Source: Bryobacterales bacterium (lineage in GTDB: Bacteria > Acidobacteriota > Terriglobia > Bryobacterales > Bryobacteraceae). From it: a DNA stretch of 64,000 bases. The translations under genes and the position numbers were made by a program. The stretch lies in assembly GCA_963842505.1 (NCBI GenBank), contig CAWJGZ010000001.1, forward strand, positions 2,025,919 to 2,089,918, given 5' to 3'. The notes under the pieces were generated by a model. That model worked only from the letters and a program-made list of their open reading frames with translations, was not told the DNA's origin and made no database searches. This document shows positions 1 through 9,658 of the stretch, one piece after another. Each line of letters begins with the position of its first letter. The stretch's first letter is position 1.

Positions 1-1846
1 GGGCAACCCCCACTACGGTCAGCCAGCGGGTGTGCTCGTCGGTCTTCAGGAGGTCGTTGATATCCTGCGGAAAGTACATGCGCCGGCCGAGCGGGTCGCG
101 ATCCGGCCAGAAGTGGTGCGCCAGCCGCTCGTCCACGATAATGGCTCCCGGGGCCGCTTGGCGGTCGCGTTCGTCGAACGGGCGGCCGGCCACCATCCCG
201 ATGTGCATGGCTTCGAAGTAGCCCGGCGTGACCGTCACCTGTTCCGGCGAAATCAGCGACTCTCCCGGTTTCATGACGTAGCCTTCGGCCAGAATCACGC
301 TATCGCTATGATTGCCGCCCCAAGGGATGGTGGTGGTTGCACCGGCCGCCGCCACGCCGGGAATCGCGCGAATGGCGGCCAGCGCCCGGTCCATCAGCCC
401 GTTCGCGTCGGCGTCTTTGGGATACAGCGGCTGCGGCACGCTGGTGGCAGCCGTCACCACGCCCTTGACATCGAATCCGGGGTAGACGCGCAGCAACTGG
501 CGGAAACTGGCCAGGACCAATCCCGCACCGGCCAATAGCACGAAGGCTAACCCGACCTGCGCCACGACCAGGACCTGCCGCATGCGGCGCGCCCGCCGCC
601 CGCCGGTTCCCGACCGGCTCTCTTCATGGAGCACTTCGCTGACGCGCGCCCGGATCACCTGCGCCGACGGGATCAGGCCGATGACGATCCCGACCAGCGC
701 CGCCGTCGCCAGCATCGCCAGCACCACCACGCCATTCACGCGGACTTCGCCGGCGCGCGGCAGCGTTTCGATCCCCCGGTGCATCAGAGCGCGCAACAAT
801 CCCGCGCCCAGCGCGGCGCCCGCCACGCCGCCGGCCAGTGCCACCAGAATGCTCTCCGTCACCAATTGACCCATCAGGCGTCCCGTTCCGGCGCCCAGGG
901 CCAGGCGGGTGGCGAACTCCTTGCGCCGCCGGGTGGTTCGCGCCAGCACCAGGTTGGCGACATTCACCGCGCCGATCAGCAGCACGAACGCGGCTCCTCC
1001 CCAGAGCAGGTAGAGGGCGCCGCGGACCTGTCTTACAAGCATGTCCTCCAGCGGCAACACGGCGGTGTGGAAACCAGCATTGATGAGGAGTTCCTTGAAA
1101 CTCGGAAACCGGTCCAGGTTGGCGCGGTTGAGAGCGTCCACCTGCGACTGCGCCTGCTGGATGGTCGCGCCCGGTTTGAGCCTCCCGATGTTCTGCCAGT
1201 TATTGGAGTGGCGCACTTCCCGCAGCGCCGGAGGGAACGCCGCCGGCAACCAGAGGCGCACATCCGGGTCGATGAAGGTGAAGCCCGCCGGCATCACGCC
1301 CACCACCGTATACGGACGCCCGTTCAACCGGACGCCGCGGCCGAGCGCGGCTTGCGGGCTTCCGAAGAGCGCCCGGCTCATACCGTCGCTCAGAATGACC
1401 TCCTGGTCCGCTCCCGGCTCGCCTTCGGCATCGGAAAAGGCGCGACCATGGGCCGGAGCCACGCGCAGCAGGCGGAACAGGGAGGGCGTCGCGAGCATGC
1501 CGGTGACTCGTTCCGGCGGACCCTGGATCTCAAGGGTTTGGCCTGACGTGCGGAATAGCGCCTGCTCGGAAAAAACGTGGACATCGCGAAGGCGGTCGTA
1601 GTAGTCGCCCGAAGCGCTGTTATAGCCGAAATCGGCGCCCGCCCTCGGGTAGCGATTCGCCATCAGCAGGATGGAACGCGCCTCCGGCACGGGAAGCGGC
1701 CGGAGCAACACGGAGTTGACCACCGCGAAGGTGGCAGTATTGGCGGCGATACAAACCGCAATGGTCAGGATCACCGTGACGGTGAATCCCCTATCGCCGA
1801 TCAGTGAGCGGACGGCGTGCCGGAGATCGCGGAAGGAGGATCCCAT
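1..1846 (-). CDS. ADOP / MacB-like FtsX-family permease (acidobacterial duplicated orphan permease); the 3' end runs off the window
   Basis: My own minus-strand translation from the ATG (complement of 1844..1846) gives MGSSFRDLRHAVRSLIGDRGFTVTVILTIAVCIAANTATFAVVNSVLLRPLPVPEA. This is the same N-terminal signature as the complete paralog at 21818..24259. Minus-strand reading of about 130..240 gives VTVTPGYFEAMHIGMVAGRPFDERD, a MacB periplasmic-domain-like motif. There is no stop before position 1, so the ORF track does not list it. Confidence 0.85.
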   Translation of the reverse strand, partial: MGSSFRDLRHAVRSLIGDRGFTVTVILTIAVCIAANTATFAVVNSVLLRPLPVPEARSILLMANRYPRAGADFGYNSASGDYYDRLRDVHVFSEQALFRTSGQTLEIQGPPERVTGMLATPSLFRLLRVAPAHGRAFSDAEGEPGADQEVILSDGMSRALFGSPQAALGRGVRLNGRPYTVVGVMPAGFTFIDPDVRLWLPAAFPPALREVRHSNNWQNIGRLKPGATIQQAQSQVDALNRANLDRFPSFKELLINAGFHTAVLPLEDMLVRQVRGALYLLWGGAAFVLLIGAVNVANLVLARTTRRRKEFATRLALGAGTGRLMGQLVTESILVALAGGVAGAALGAGLLRALMHRGIETLPRAGEVRVNGVVVLAMLATAALVGIVIGLIPSAQVIRARVSEVLHEESRSGTGGRRARRMRQVLVVAQVGLAFVLLAGAGLVLASFRQLLRVYPGFDVKGVVTAATSVPQPLYPKDADANGLMDRALAAIRAIPGVAAAGATTTIPWGGNHSDSVILAEGYVMKPGESLISPEQVTVTPGYFEAMHIGMVAGRPFDERDRQAAPGAIIVDERLAHHFWPDRDPLGRRMYFPQDINDLLKTDEHTRWLTVVGVA

Positions 1847-1964
1847 ACAGGCTCATACGCCATTTGATGCCTCCGATGTTGCAGGAAGTTTGGTTCATTT
1901 TGCCCGGTTCCCGGCTCCGGCGGGCCATTTAGAGCATGGTACTTTGTGAACAGAGGAGATCCCG

Positions 1965-2459
1965 ATGACTGTTCCGCTCAATGCCATGAGAACGTGGAGC
2001 GCGTACGGCACCAAAGACGAGCTGTACCGGGAGCTGCGCGGCCAGTTGGCCGGTTTACTCGCGGGCGAGAGCGACCAGGTCGCCAATGCCGCCAACACCG
2101 CGGCGCTGCTCTACCATGCGCTGCCGGACGTGAACTGGGTGGGCTTTTATTTCCTCAAGCAGGAAGAACTCGTGCTGGGGCCCTTCCAGGGACTGCCCGC
2201 GTGCATCCGCATTCCGGTGGGCAAGGGCGTGTGCGGCGCCGCGGCAAAAACCATGCAATCGTTGGTCGTGCCGGATGTTCACGCCTACCCCGGGCATATT
2301 GCGTGCGATACGGCGTCGCGGTCGGAGTTGGTGGTGCCGCTGGTGAAAAACGGCGTCCTGGTGGGTGTGCTGGATCTCGACAGCCCGTCGATCGCGCGCT
2401 TCGACGACGCCGACCGCGCCGGCTGTGAGTCGCTCGCCGCCATCTTCCTGAACCGGTGA
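1965..2459 (+). CDS. msrC: GAF-domain protein, free methionine-(R)-sulfoxide reductase family (YebR/MsrC-like)
   Basis: 164 aa. Contains NWVGFYF...GPFQG..AC..I..GKGVCG and VVPDVHAYPGHIACD..S.SELVVPL, typical of fRMsr GAF proteins. An AGGAG lies upstream of the ATG. Confidence 0.75.
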   Translation: MTVPLNAMRTWSAYGTKDELYRELRGQLAGLLAGESDQVANAANTAALLYHALPDVNWVGFYFLKQEELVLGPFQGLPACIRIPVGKGVCGAAAKTMQSLVVPDVHAYPGHIACDTASRSELVVPLVKNGVLVGVLDLDSPSIARFDDADRAGCESLAAIFLNR

Positions 2460-2472
2460 GCTTCGGTTTGGC

Positions 2473-2811
2473 ATGGACCACCTGCTCGAGCGCGGCATCG
2501 CTCTCTTCAACCGTGGCGAGTTCTTTGCGTGCCACGAGGTGCTGGAGGAAGCCTGGACGCCGGAGCGCGGTCCGCGGCGGCTGTTCCTCCAATCGCTGAT
2601 TCACCTGGCCGTGGGCTTCTATCATCACGGCCGCGGCAACCCAGCCGGCGCCGCGCGTCAACTCCGCAAGGGCTTGCGCAAGCTGGCCGGGTACCTGCCG
2701 GTTCACGAAACCATCGATACGGCCCGTCTGGAGCGGGAGGCGCGCGAGGCTCTGGGCCGCATTGAATCCGGCCAGCCGCTTGCCGTCTACCCTTTGATTC
2801 ACCTGGGATAA
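2473..2811 (+). CDS. DUF309 domain-containing protein
   Basis: 112 aa. Contains FNRGEFFACHEVLEEAW...LFLQSLIHLAVGFYHHGRGNPAGA, the characteristic DUF309 pattern. Confidence 0.7.
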   Translation: MDHLLERGIALFNRGEFFACHEVLEEAWTPERGPRRLFLQSLIHLAVGFYHHGRGNPAGAARQLRKGLRKLAGYLPVHETIDTARLEREAREALGRIESGQPLAVYPLIHLG

Positions 2812-2831
2812 CGGACTGGTAGACTGAATCC

Positions 2832-2925
2832 GGGAGCGTATCTCATCCGGTGGTGGGCATGGTCTTCAAAACCACTGAGCGGCCGAAACGCCGCTGATCG
2901 GTTCGACTCCGATACGTTCCCGCCA
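2832..2925 (+). tRNA. selC: tRNA-Sec (selenocysteine tRNA, anticodon UCA)
   Basis: 94 nt. The acceptor stem is 8 bp (GGGAGCGT / ACGTTCCC, one G-U) followed by discriminator G and CCA. The D arm has a 6-bp stem and 4-nt loop (CTCATC CGGT GGTGGG). The anticodon loop is CTTCAAA, giving UCA. There is a long variable arm (GAGCGGCCGAAACGCCGCTG) and a T arm ATCGG TTCGACT CCGAT. The layout parallels E. coli selC block by block. The anticodon stem has two non-Watson-Crick pairs. Confidence 0.9.
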
Positions 2926-3073
2926 CCCCGCAACCGCGCGTCTCGCCAACGGCGTCCGCACGTCGTGATGTACTTAGGAAAACAGCAAAATACTCCCTAA
3001 ATGCAGGTTTTAAAGGACCCAGCACTTCAGGTATATTTACCTCTGAATTCCAAGGAATTCACAGAGGCACACT

Positions 3074-3772
3074 ATGAGGTATTTCCGGCTCATTGCCCTG
3101 GCGGCCCTGGCGTGCGGGTTGATTTCGGGCGACGATCATTCCAGCGGGGCGAAGGATGGCGACAGCAGCCGCCGCACCAACGCGGGCGCGGGTGTCACCT
3201 TGCCGCCGGTGCTGCGTTCCACCGAACCGGCTGACGATGTGGTTCTCACACTGCCCGGCACGGCCGCCAAGGTGACGGCCGCGGTTGTCCCCGTGCCGGC
3301 GCCCGCTACCATCGTGCGCAGAACTCCTCCGCCGGCCGATCCGGAGCGGCCTATCTTGCGGCGGCCCAAACGCACGTATCCCGATGGCTTCGAAAAAGAC
3401 GCCGCCGAGTACCTGCATCAGCGCTTGGGCGTCATGACCGAGCCAGACGCGAAGGAATTGCTGGGTGAAGCGTTGAATTCCCGGCCGGCCTATGACGACG
3501 GCCAAGCCGTCAACGGCCGCATCTACGCCTATACCGACCCCACCGGCCACTTCAAGCAGCTCGAGCTGGATTTCGACCAAAAATCAGGCCGCTTGCGGAC
3601 GGTGTTCGTCTATCCCCTGCAAATGACCTGGATGGAGTGCCGCAAGACGTTTGGCTCCAGCGTGCGGGCCACGCCGGCGAATAAAGGGCGAACATTTTAT
3701 TCGTACCTGAACCGCCGCATGGACGTCCTGGTAGACTCCAGCGGCAAGGTCATCAGCCTGGGGATGTATTAG
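3074..3772 (+). CDS. hypothetical lipoprotein
   Basis: 232 aa. N-terminal signal with a lipobox-like ALAC|G (MRYFRLIALAALACGLISG). AGAGG lies upstream of the ATG. I recognise no family. Confidence 0.6.
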   Translation: MRYFRLIALAALACGLISGDDHSSGAKDGDSSRRTNAGAGVTLPPVLRSTEPADDVVLTLPGTAAKVTAAVVPVPAPATIVRRTPPPADPERPILRRPKRTYPDGFEKDAAEYLHQRLGVMTEPDAKELLGEALNSRPAYDDGQAVNGRIYAYTDPTGHFKQLELDFDQKSGRLRTVFVYPLQMTWMECRKTFGSSVRATPANKGRTFYSYLNRRMDVLVDSSGKVISLGMY

Positions 3773-3888
3773 GCCGGAATTATTGTTGGGGAATCCGAAA
3801 CCGGCGGCGCAGTCCGGGCGTTTAACACATAGGCGACCCGCTCCACAGTGAAAGAGCGTATAGTGTAGCTATACAGGAGTCTCGGACT

Positions 3889-5055
3889 ATGAGCCATCCA
3901 TGCAAGACACCCCTGGCAATTCTGGCCGCAGTCAGTCTCTTGTCTTTCGCCGGCTTCGCGCAGGACCAGAAGACCGCCGGCCAGCAGGACCAGACCACTC
4001 CGACCAAGCAGGACCAGACCACCGCGGCGCAGCAAGACCAAACCACTGCCCAGCAAGACCAAACCGCTACCCAGCAGGACCAGACCACCCCAGCCAAGAA
4101 GAAAACCACGGATAAGAAGAAAGATCCGGACACGATCGGCGATCGTGACATTGGCAAGGGCGTGAATTTTTACTCGCTCGACAAGGAAATCGCCCTGGGC
4201 AAGCAGATGGCGCAGGAAGTGGAGCGGCAGGCCAAGATCGTCGATGACCCGATCATTGCCGAGTACGTCAACCGCGTGGGGCAGAACCTGGTGCGAAATT
4301 CCGATGCCAAGGTGCCTTTCACCATCAAGGTGCTGGACTCGGAAGAAGTGAACGCTTTCGCGTTGCCCGGCGGATTCTTTTTCGTGAACACGGGGCTGAT
4401 CCTGAAGGCGGACACAGAAGCGGAACTGGCCGGCGTGATGGGGCACGAGATTGCTCACGTGGCGGCGCGCCACGGCACGCGCCAGGCGACCCGCGGCGAC
4501 ATCGCGCAGATTGTCACCATTCCGTTGATCTTCATGGGCGGCTGGACAGGCTATGCCATCCGGCAGGGCGCCAGCCTGGCGATTCCCATGGGCTTCCTGA
4601 CGTTCTCGCGGGCCTTCGAGAAAGAGGCGGACTACCTGGGATTGCAGTATATGTACAAGGCGGGCTACGATCCGACGGCTTTCGTGGACTTTTTCGAAAA
4701 AATTGAATCGCTCGAAAGAAAGAAGCCCGGGAGCATTTCCAAGGTCTTCTCCACGCACCCGATGACCGACGACCGCATCAAGCTCTCGCAACAGGAGATC
4801 CAGAAGGACCTCACGGCCAAGCCCGAGTACGTGGTGAACACGTCGGAATTCAACGACGTCAAAGCGCGGCTGAACATGATGCACAACCGCCGGAAGGTGA
4901 CCCAGGACGATCCCAACCGTCCGAAGTTGCGCCGTGCGCCGGGCAGCGGCACCGGACCCGTGGATGCCAACGACGGCAGCACCAAGCCCGATACGGACGA
5001 CCGGCCCACCCTGAAACGCCGGGATACCGGCGGGGGCGGCGGCGGCGGACAGTAG
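3889..5055 (+). CDS. M48-family zinc metallopeptidase (BepA/YfgC-like) with an N-terminal Gln/Thr-rich repeat linker
   Basis: 388 aa. Signal peptide present. HExxH is seen as GVMGHEIAHVAARH, preceded by NAFALPGGFFFVNTGL, typical of M48. Confidence 0.85.
   Translation: MSHPCKTPLAILAAVSLLSFAGFAQDQKTAGQQDQTTPTKQDQTTAAQQDQTTAQQDQTATQQDQTTPAKKKTTDKKKDPDTIGDRDIGKGVNFYSLDKEIALGKQMAQEVERQAKIVDDPIIAEYVNRVGQNLVRNSDAKVPFTIKVLDSEEVNAFALPGGFFFVNTGLILKADTEAELAGVMGHEIAHVAARHGTRQATRGDIAQIVTIPLIFMGGWTGYAIRQGASLAIPMGFLTFSRAFEKEADYLGLQYMYKAGYDPTAFVDFFEKIESLERKKPGSISKVFSTHPMTDDRIKLSQQEIQKDLTAKPEYVVNTSEFNDVKARLNMMHNRRKVTQDDPNRPKLRRAPGSGTGPVDANDGSTKPDTDDRPTLKRRDTGGGGGGGQ
3961..4090 (+). repeat. in-frame degenerate 18-21 nt coding tandem repeat (QQDQTT units) inside the M48 peptidase gene
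   Basis: CAGCAGGACCAGACCAC-like units recur about 6 times. They translate to QDQKTAGQQDQTTPTKQDQTTAAQQDQTTAQQDQTATQQDQTTP. Confidence 0.85.
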
Positions 5056-5075
5056 GACAGGCCTCCTGGCCTGTC
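5056..5075. terminator. GC-rich hairpin GACAGGCC-TCCT-GGCCTGTC between convergent genes
   Basis: Perfect 8-bp stem immediately after the stop of 3889..5055. An identical 20-mer recurs at 19626..19645. There is no U-tract, so terminator function is inferred from position only. Confidence 0.5.
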
Positions 5076-5081
5076 TAAGCA

Positions 5082-5100
5082 CCGGCGGCAAGACCGCCGG
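5082..5100. terminator. GC-rich hairpin CCGGCGG-CAAGA-CCGCCGG between convergent genes
   Basis: 7-bp stem. The reverse-complement copy lies at 49514..49532 and a variant at 49643..49662. Confidence 0.45.
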
Positions 5101-5137
5101 CGCTACCAGTTGGACTTACTAACGGCTTCCGGCTTGA

Positions 5138-6037
5138 TCAGTGTATGAATCCAAGCTGCTTGAGCGTCGCGGCCGGTTCCGATCCCTCGAAGTGCGCCAG
5201 TGAGGCTCTCTGACGGCCGTTGAGAAGCGCCACTCCGGACGGATAGCCGGAGACGCCCAATACTTGTTTCAACTCCGCGAAATCCGTGGACACGCCTGCC
5301 TTGAGGCCGGTCATTTGCAGGAATTGGGCGGAGTACTGCGGTTCCTCTACCGGAATGGCGACCACCCGCGTATCGCCCCAATCGAGTTGTGACAGGCGCC
5401 TGGCGGCGTCGATGCAATGGCGGCACTCGGGATTGAAAAAGAAGAGGAAGATGCGGCCATGCTGGAGTGAGTACAGCCGGCCGTCCACGGTGATGGCGGC
5501 GGGCGCCAGGGCGTCCGTCTGATGGGCTGCGTCCACGCCATAGGAAACGCCCGCGAAGACCGCCACGGCCGCCAAGATCAGCGCCGCCGTGCGTGGACTG
5601 GCGGGCGGCTTGGACCAGACGCCCGCCGCTGCGGTCAGCAGCAGCATCAGACCATCGCCGATGAAGAATGCCGGCCCCACCACGCGCTTGACCCACGGGA
5701 AGCAACTGCAATCGGCGCCGCGCAGGGCGGCGTAGTGGATCGTAAACCAGCCCAGAAAGGCCAGCAACAGCAGCCCGGTGAGAATCGCGCCCCAGCGGCG
5801 GAAGCGCGGCGCCAGCACGAACACGCCGCCCACCGTTTCCGCGATGCCGAATGCCACCGCCAGAAACAGGCTCCAGGATTCCGGCACGAGGGCTTGCGAC
5901 ATCCGCATCGCGGCGCTCTGGGGGCCGGTGATTTTCCATAGGCCCGAGGCCAGAAACAGAACCGACAACGCGATGGCGGCTCCCCAGGCGAAGGCTGTTT
6001 TCCAGCCGGCCGGATCAAGCGGGCGCAAGCGAAGCAA
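5138..6037 (-). CDS. MauE/DoxX-family membrane protein fused to a thioredoxin-like domain
   Basis: 299 aa. The N-terminal half has about 4 TM helices with a DoxX/MauE-like pattern (FGIAETVGGVFVL...GADCSCF). The C-terminal half has a thioredoxin-fold pattern with a CxxC (FFFNPECRHC). Confidence 0.65.
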   Translation of the reverse strand: MLRLRPLDPAGWKTAFAWGAAIALSVLFLASGLWKITGPQSAAMRMSQALVPESWSLFLAVAFGIAETVGGVFVLAPRFRRWGAILTGLLLLAFLGWFTIHYAALRGADCSCFPWVKRVVGPAFFIGDGLMLLLTAAAGVWSKPPASPRTAALILAAVAVFAGVSYGVDAAHQTDALAPAAITVDGRLYSLQHGRIFLFFFNPECRHCIDAARRLSQLDWGDTRVVAIPVEEPQYSAQFLQMTGLKAGVSTDFAELKQVLGVSGYPSGVALLNGRQRASLAHFEGSEPAATLKQLGFIH

Positions 6038-6119
6038 GCCCCTCCGGCGGCTGTGCCATACTGTCGGTCATGAGCCCTATTGTAGTTCTTCGGGCGGGCG
6101 CGGGACCCGATCGCCGGCT

Positions 6120-6635
6120 ATGATGCTCTTCGCCTGGATGCTTATGCTGGCGGCATCGACGCGCGGCGAACTGGCTGACGAAGACTGCCAGATCCCCCCC
6201 GGCGAATGGCGTTACGTCGAAGTGCAACTCCACCAGGAGCCCGCCAGTGTCTCGGCCAGCTACGAAGTGCGCTCCGGCCCAGGAAGGGTTCGGTTGGCGC
6301 TGATGGGCCGCGAAGATCTGGAGCGCATGCGGGACGATCTGCCGCACGGCCACCTCGCCGAGACGCCTCTGGGACGGTCCGGCCAGCTCACCGATGTGTT
6401 TGGCCGGCGCGGCGACTACGCCGTGGTGCTGGACAACCGCGACGGAACCCGCGCCGCCACCGTGCATCTGCGCGTGTGGCTGGATTTCGGCGCCCGCCGC
6501 GTTCCGGAGGTAACTGAGCTCGCTCCCGGGCGCCAGTTCATGGTGGTGGCTATCAGCTTGGCGGTTTTCTTTGGGATCGTGACCTATTCCGGCCGGCGAT
6601 TGTGGCGCGCGGTCAAGGACGCGAAGAAGATATGA
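6120..6635 (+). CDS. hypothetical protein with a signal peptide and a C-terminal TM anchor
   Basis: I chose the internal ATG at 6120 (MMLFAWMLMLAAS...). The 5' part of track ORF 5778..6635 overlaps the convergent gene 5138..6037. The C-terminal hydrophobic segment is FMVVAISLAVFFGIVTY. Confidence 0.5.
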   Translation: MMLFAWMLMLAASTRGELADEDCQIPPGEWRYVEVQLHQEPASVSASYEVRSGPGRVRLALMGREDLERMRDDLPHGHLAETPLGRSGQLTDVFGRRGDYAVVLDNRDGTRAATVHLRVWLDFGARRVPEVTELAPGRQFMVVAISLAVFFGIVTYSGRRLWRAVKDAKKI

Positions 6636-6723
6636 TTTTTACCGCTCAGACGTGGAGGCGCGGAGAATGCCTCTTGATCTCTGTTTTTCTCTGTGTCTTT
6701 GCGCCTCAGCGGTGAATAATGCA

Positions 6724-7986
6724 CTAACCCTTGAATGCTTCTTTCGCCGCCTCAACCGTCTTGGCGATGTCTTGCGCGGTGTGCGCCGCCGAGACGAACG
6801 CGGCCTCGAATTGCGATGGCGGCAGGTACACGCCGCGCTCCAGCATGGCGCGGAAGAAGCGCCCGAATCGCGCCGTGTCGCTGCGTTTGGCCGATTCCCA
6901 ATTGGTGACCGGCCCCTCCGTGAAAAAGAATGTGAACATGGAGCCGACGCGATTTACCGTGATGCCCGCCGGCGCTGCGGCGCACAGCGCGGCTGCGCGG
7001 GCTTCCAATTGGTCGTAGATTTCGGGATGCGCTTTCAAGTGGCGCAACTGGGCCAGCCCCGCGGCCACCGCCAACGGGTTTCCGGAAAGTGTGCCGGCCT
7101 GGTAGACCGGGCCGGCCGGCGCCATCTTGCTCATGATGTCCTTGCGGCCGCCATAAGCGCCCACCGGCAAGCCGCCGCCGATCACTTTGCCGAGCGTGGT
7201 CAAATCCGGCTTCACCCCGTAGCGCTGCTGCGCGCCGCCAAAGGCCACGCGGAAGCCCGTCATTACCTCGTCGATAATCAGCAGGGCGCCATGCCGCTCG
7301 GTCACCTCGCGCAGCATCCGCAGGTAGCCGGGCAGGGGAGGCACGCAGCCCATATTGCCCACTACCGGCTCCACGATTACCGCCGCGATGCGCTCGCCAT
7401 GTGTCCGAAAGGCCTCTGTGACGGCCTCGGCCGAATTGTACGGCAGCGCGATCGTCGTATCGCAGAAGGCCTTCGGCACGCCTTGTGTATCGGCGATGCC
7501 CAGCGTGGCCAAACCCGAGCCGGCTTTCACCAGCAGCGAATCCACGTGGCCGTGGTAGCAGCCTTCGAACTTGACGATCAGATCGCGCCCGGTGAAGCCG
7601 CGCGCCACCCGGATGGCCGACATGGTGGCTTCCGTGCCCGAATTCAACAGCCGCACCATCTCGATGGAAGGCACCGCGTCGCGGATGGCTTCCGCCAGTT
7701 CGGTTTCCTGCTCCGTGGGCGCTCCAAAACTGGTGCCGACGGTGAGCGCCCGTTCGAGCGCCGCGATGATCTCCGGATGGCGGTGGCCCAGCAGCAGCGG
7801 CCCCCAGGAGCCGACATAATCGATGTACTCGTTGCCGTCGGCGTCGAAGATATGGGAGCCTTGGCCGCGTGCGATGAACACGGGGTTGCCGCCCACGCTG
7901 CGAAAAGCCCGTACCGGCGAATTGACGCCGCCGGGCATAATCTCCTGCGCGCGACGAAAGAGTTGTTCGGATCTGGAATGATTCAT
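6724..7986 (-). CDS. hemL: glutamate-1-semialdehyde 2,1-aminomutase
   Basis: 420 aa from the internal ATG at 7986 ([28 protein letters not shown]...). Also contains [10 protein letters not shown] and [17 protein letters not shown], which are classic HemL motifs. The upstream extension of the track ORF to 8406 overlaps the next gene. Confidence 0.95.
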   Translation of the reverse strand: MNHSRSEQLFRRAQEIMPGGVNSPVRAFRSVGGNPVFIARGQGSHIFDADGNEYIDYVGSWGPLLLGHRHPEIIAALERALTVGTSFGAPTEQETELAEAIRDAVPSIEMVRLLNSGTEATMSAIRVARGFTGRDLIVKFEGCYHGHVDSLLVKAGSGLATLGIADTQGVPKAFCDTTIALPYNSAEAVTEAFRTHGERIAAVIVEPVVGNMGCVPPLPGYLRMLREVTERHGALLIIDEVMTGFRVAFGGAQQRYGVKPDLTTLGKVIGGGLPVGAYGGRKDIMSKMAPAGPVYQAGTLSGNPLAVAAGLAQLRHLKAHPEIYDQLEARAAALCAAAPAGITVNRVGSMFTFFFTEGPVTNWESAKRSDTARFGRFFRAMLERGVYLPPSQFEAAFVSAAHTAQDIAKTVEAAKEAFKG

Positions 7987-9161
7987 GCTTCCTCTTTGCG
8001 GGGGACCATGCGGCTGAAGCCCAAGCTCATGCCAATGTCGTACAGGCTGCCGTTGAGATTGCGCAGCAGGCGGCGTTTCAGGCCGGAATACGGCTGCTTG
8101 CCGGAAAAGAGATCCTGGATGATGGCTGAGAATCGCGGGCTGCGGCGCGTGAATTGCACCATCCGCGCGGGAACCGAGCCGAAAAGAAACCGGCCCAGGA
8201 AGAGGCGGCCGGCCAGCCGTGAACCGAATTCCAGATCGCTTGCGAAATCGCGCTTCAGCCAGTCGCGGTACTGAACAGCCTTGGCCGCGGGCTCGGTATC
8301 CGCCAGCAGCGTTTGAGCCGCCAGGTCCGCGGACCGCATGGCGTAGTAGAGGCCCTCGCCGGTTATCGGATCCACCAAACCGGCGGCATCTCCCACCGCC
8401 ATCCATCCTTCACCCGAAACGCGGTTATTCCGCCACGATCTGATGGCCAGCGACGGAAGCAGGTGGCTGTAAAACGTAGCCCCTTTCCACGACAGCCCGT
8501 GTTCGGCCATGTACAACTCCAGACGCCGCCGCAGCGAACCGGCTGCTTCGCCCTTGCCGCAGATGCCCACCGAAAGATGGCCGCAGCGCGGGAAGACCCA
8601 GATGTAGCCTTCCAGACGAGGGAGAAATTGAATATCGATGCGGTTTTGGTCGCCCGGGACGTAGTAGCCGAGGGCCGACATGGTATCGTCGGAGTGCAGT
8701 TCGGTGCCGACGTTGCGCAACGGGTTGCGCGCGCCCGTGGCCACGATGCAGAAATCGGCCGATGCCACGCCGCCCGTGGTGCGCAGACGCCAGCCTTCGC
8801 CCGCGCGCGCAATCTCCAAAATGCGGGCCTTCTCGATTTGCGCGCCTGCATCCGCCGCGCGGTCGAGCAGCAGGCGGTTGAGATCCAGCCGGGAATAAAT
8901 CAAAAGCGGATTGTCGAGTCGGAGGCTCACGTCGCCGGCCGTCGGCGTGGAGAGCACCGTCTCGGCGACCAGCCGCTTGGGGACGTTATTATCAATCAGG
9001 AATGGGTACTGGGTATACGCCTTGTGGGTTAAACCGCCGCCGCACGGTTTTTCCCATGCCAGCTTCTCGTCGAAAACCTGCACCGCCAGGCCGGCGGAGG
9101 CCAGTTGCGCCGCCGCGAAAGATCCCGCAGGACCGCCTCCCAGTATGGCGACACGCTTCAT
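7983..9161 (-). CDS. geranylgeranyl-reductase-family FAD-dependent oxidoreductase
   Basis: 392 aa. Contains [11 protein letters not shown] (dinucleotide fold) and [19 protein letters not shown] (GGR/FixC-family motif). Its stop overlaps the hemL start by 4 nt. Confidence 0.75.
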   Translation of the reverse strand: MKRVAILGGGPAGSFAAAQLASAGLAVQVFDEKLAWEKPCGGGLTHKAYTQYPFLIDNNVPKRLVAETVLSTPTAGDVSLRLDNPLLIYSRLDLNRLLLDRAADAGAQIEKARILEIARAGEGWRLRTTGGVASADFCIVATGARNPLRNVGTELHSDDTMSALGYYVPGDQNRIDIQFLPRLEGYIWVFPRCGHLSVGICGKGEAAGSLRRRLELYMAEHGLSWKGATFYSHLLPSLAIRSWRNNRVSGEGWMAVGDAAGLVDPITGEGLYYAMRSADLAAQTLLADTEPAAKAVQYRDWLKRDFASDLEFGSRLAGRLFLGRFLFGSVPARMVQFTRRSPRFSAIIQDLFSGKQPYSGLKRRLLRNLNGSLYDIGMSLGFSRMVPRKEEA

Positions 9162-9165
9162 GGCC

Positions 9166-9600
9166 CTACTTCTTCTTGACGGGAGGCAGGTCGTTTGGTG
9201 ACGGCATGGCTGCTCCGCCGCCGTGCGGATTCGCGGCGCCCGGCATCGCCTCCGGCATTGCGCCGCCAGGCGCGTTGGCCCCTGGGGCCGCTTGGTTGCC
9301 GTGCGCGGCGCCGCCGCTGGTGTCGCGCCCCGTCACCACCCATTTCTTGTCTTGCTGTTCCAGTTGGTATTTGAAGCTCATGGGCATTCCGCCGACGCCC
9401 TTGGCGGTCATGGAAACCACGGCGCTCGCCTTATTGCCGTTGAACTCCACCGATGACACAGTGACGTCCATGGCGCCGACGTTCATTCCCGCCTTCTTGA
9501 GGTGGTCGATGACACCCTGGCGCACCGCCTCATTGGTCTGAATGCCGTGCTGACACGCGGCAAGGCACAGAATCAGGAGCAAAACGGAAGCAATTCGCAC
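9166..9600 (-). CDS. hypothetical lipoprotein
   Basis: I chose a GTG start at 9600, giving VRIASVLLLILCLAAC|QHG (lipobox), with GAGAGG directly upstream. The longer track ORF to 9984 overlaps the divergent gene. The C-terminus is Gly/Ala/Pro-rich. Confidence 0.55.
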   Translation of the reverse strand: MRIASVLLLILCLAACQHGIQTNEAVRQGVIDHLKKAGMNVGAMDVTVSSVEFNGNKASAVVSMTAKGVGGMPMSFKYQLEQQDKKWVVTGRDTSGGAAHGNQAAPGANAPGGAMPEAMPGAANPHGGGAAMPSPNDLPPVKKK

Positions 9601-9658
9601 CTCTCGATTATAACCGGGCGCGAGCGGAATCCAAGCCCGGCGGGAACAGGATGCTATA

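Noticed and set aside
626-1546. 306-aa plus-strand ORF and its neighbours at the window start
   Set aside because: They are antisense to the partial ADOP permease, which I translated directly from the minus strand.
6652-8274. 540-aa plus-strand ORF
   Set aside because: It is antisense to the confidently identified hemL and GGR-family genes. Its Arg/Ala/Gly/His-rich composition is typical of shadow ORFs in high-GC DNA, and it has no recognisable motifs.
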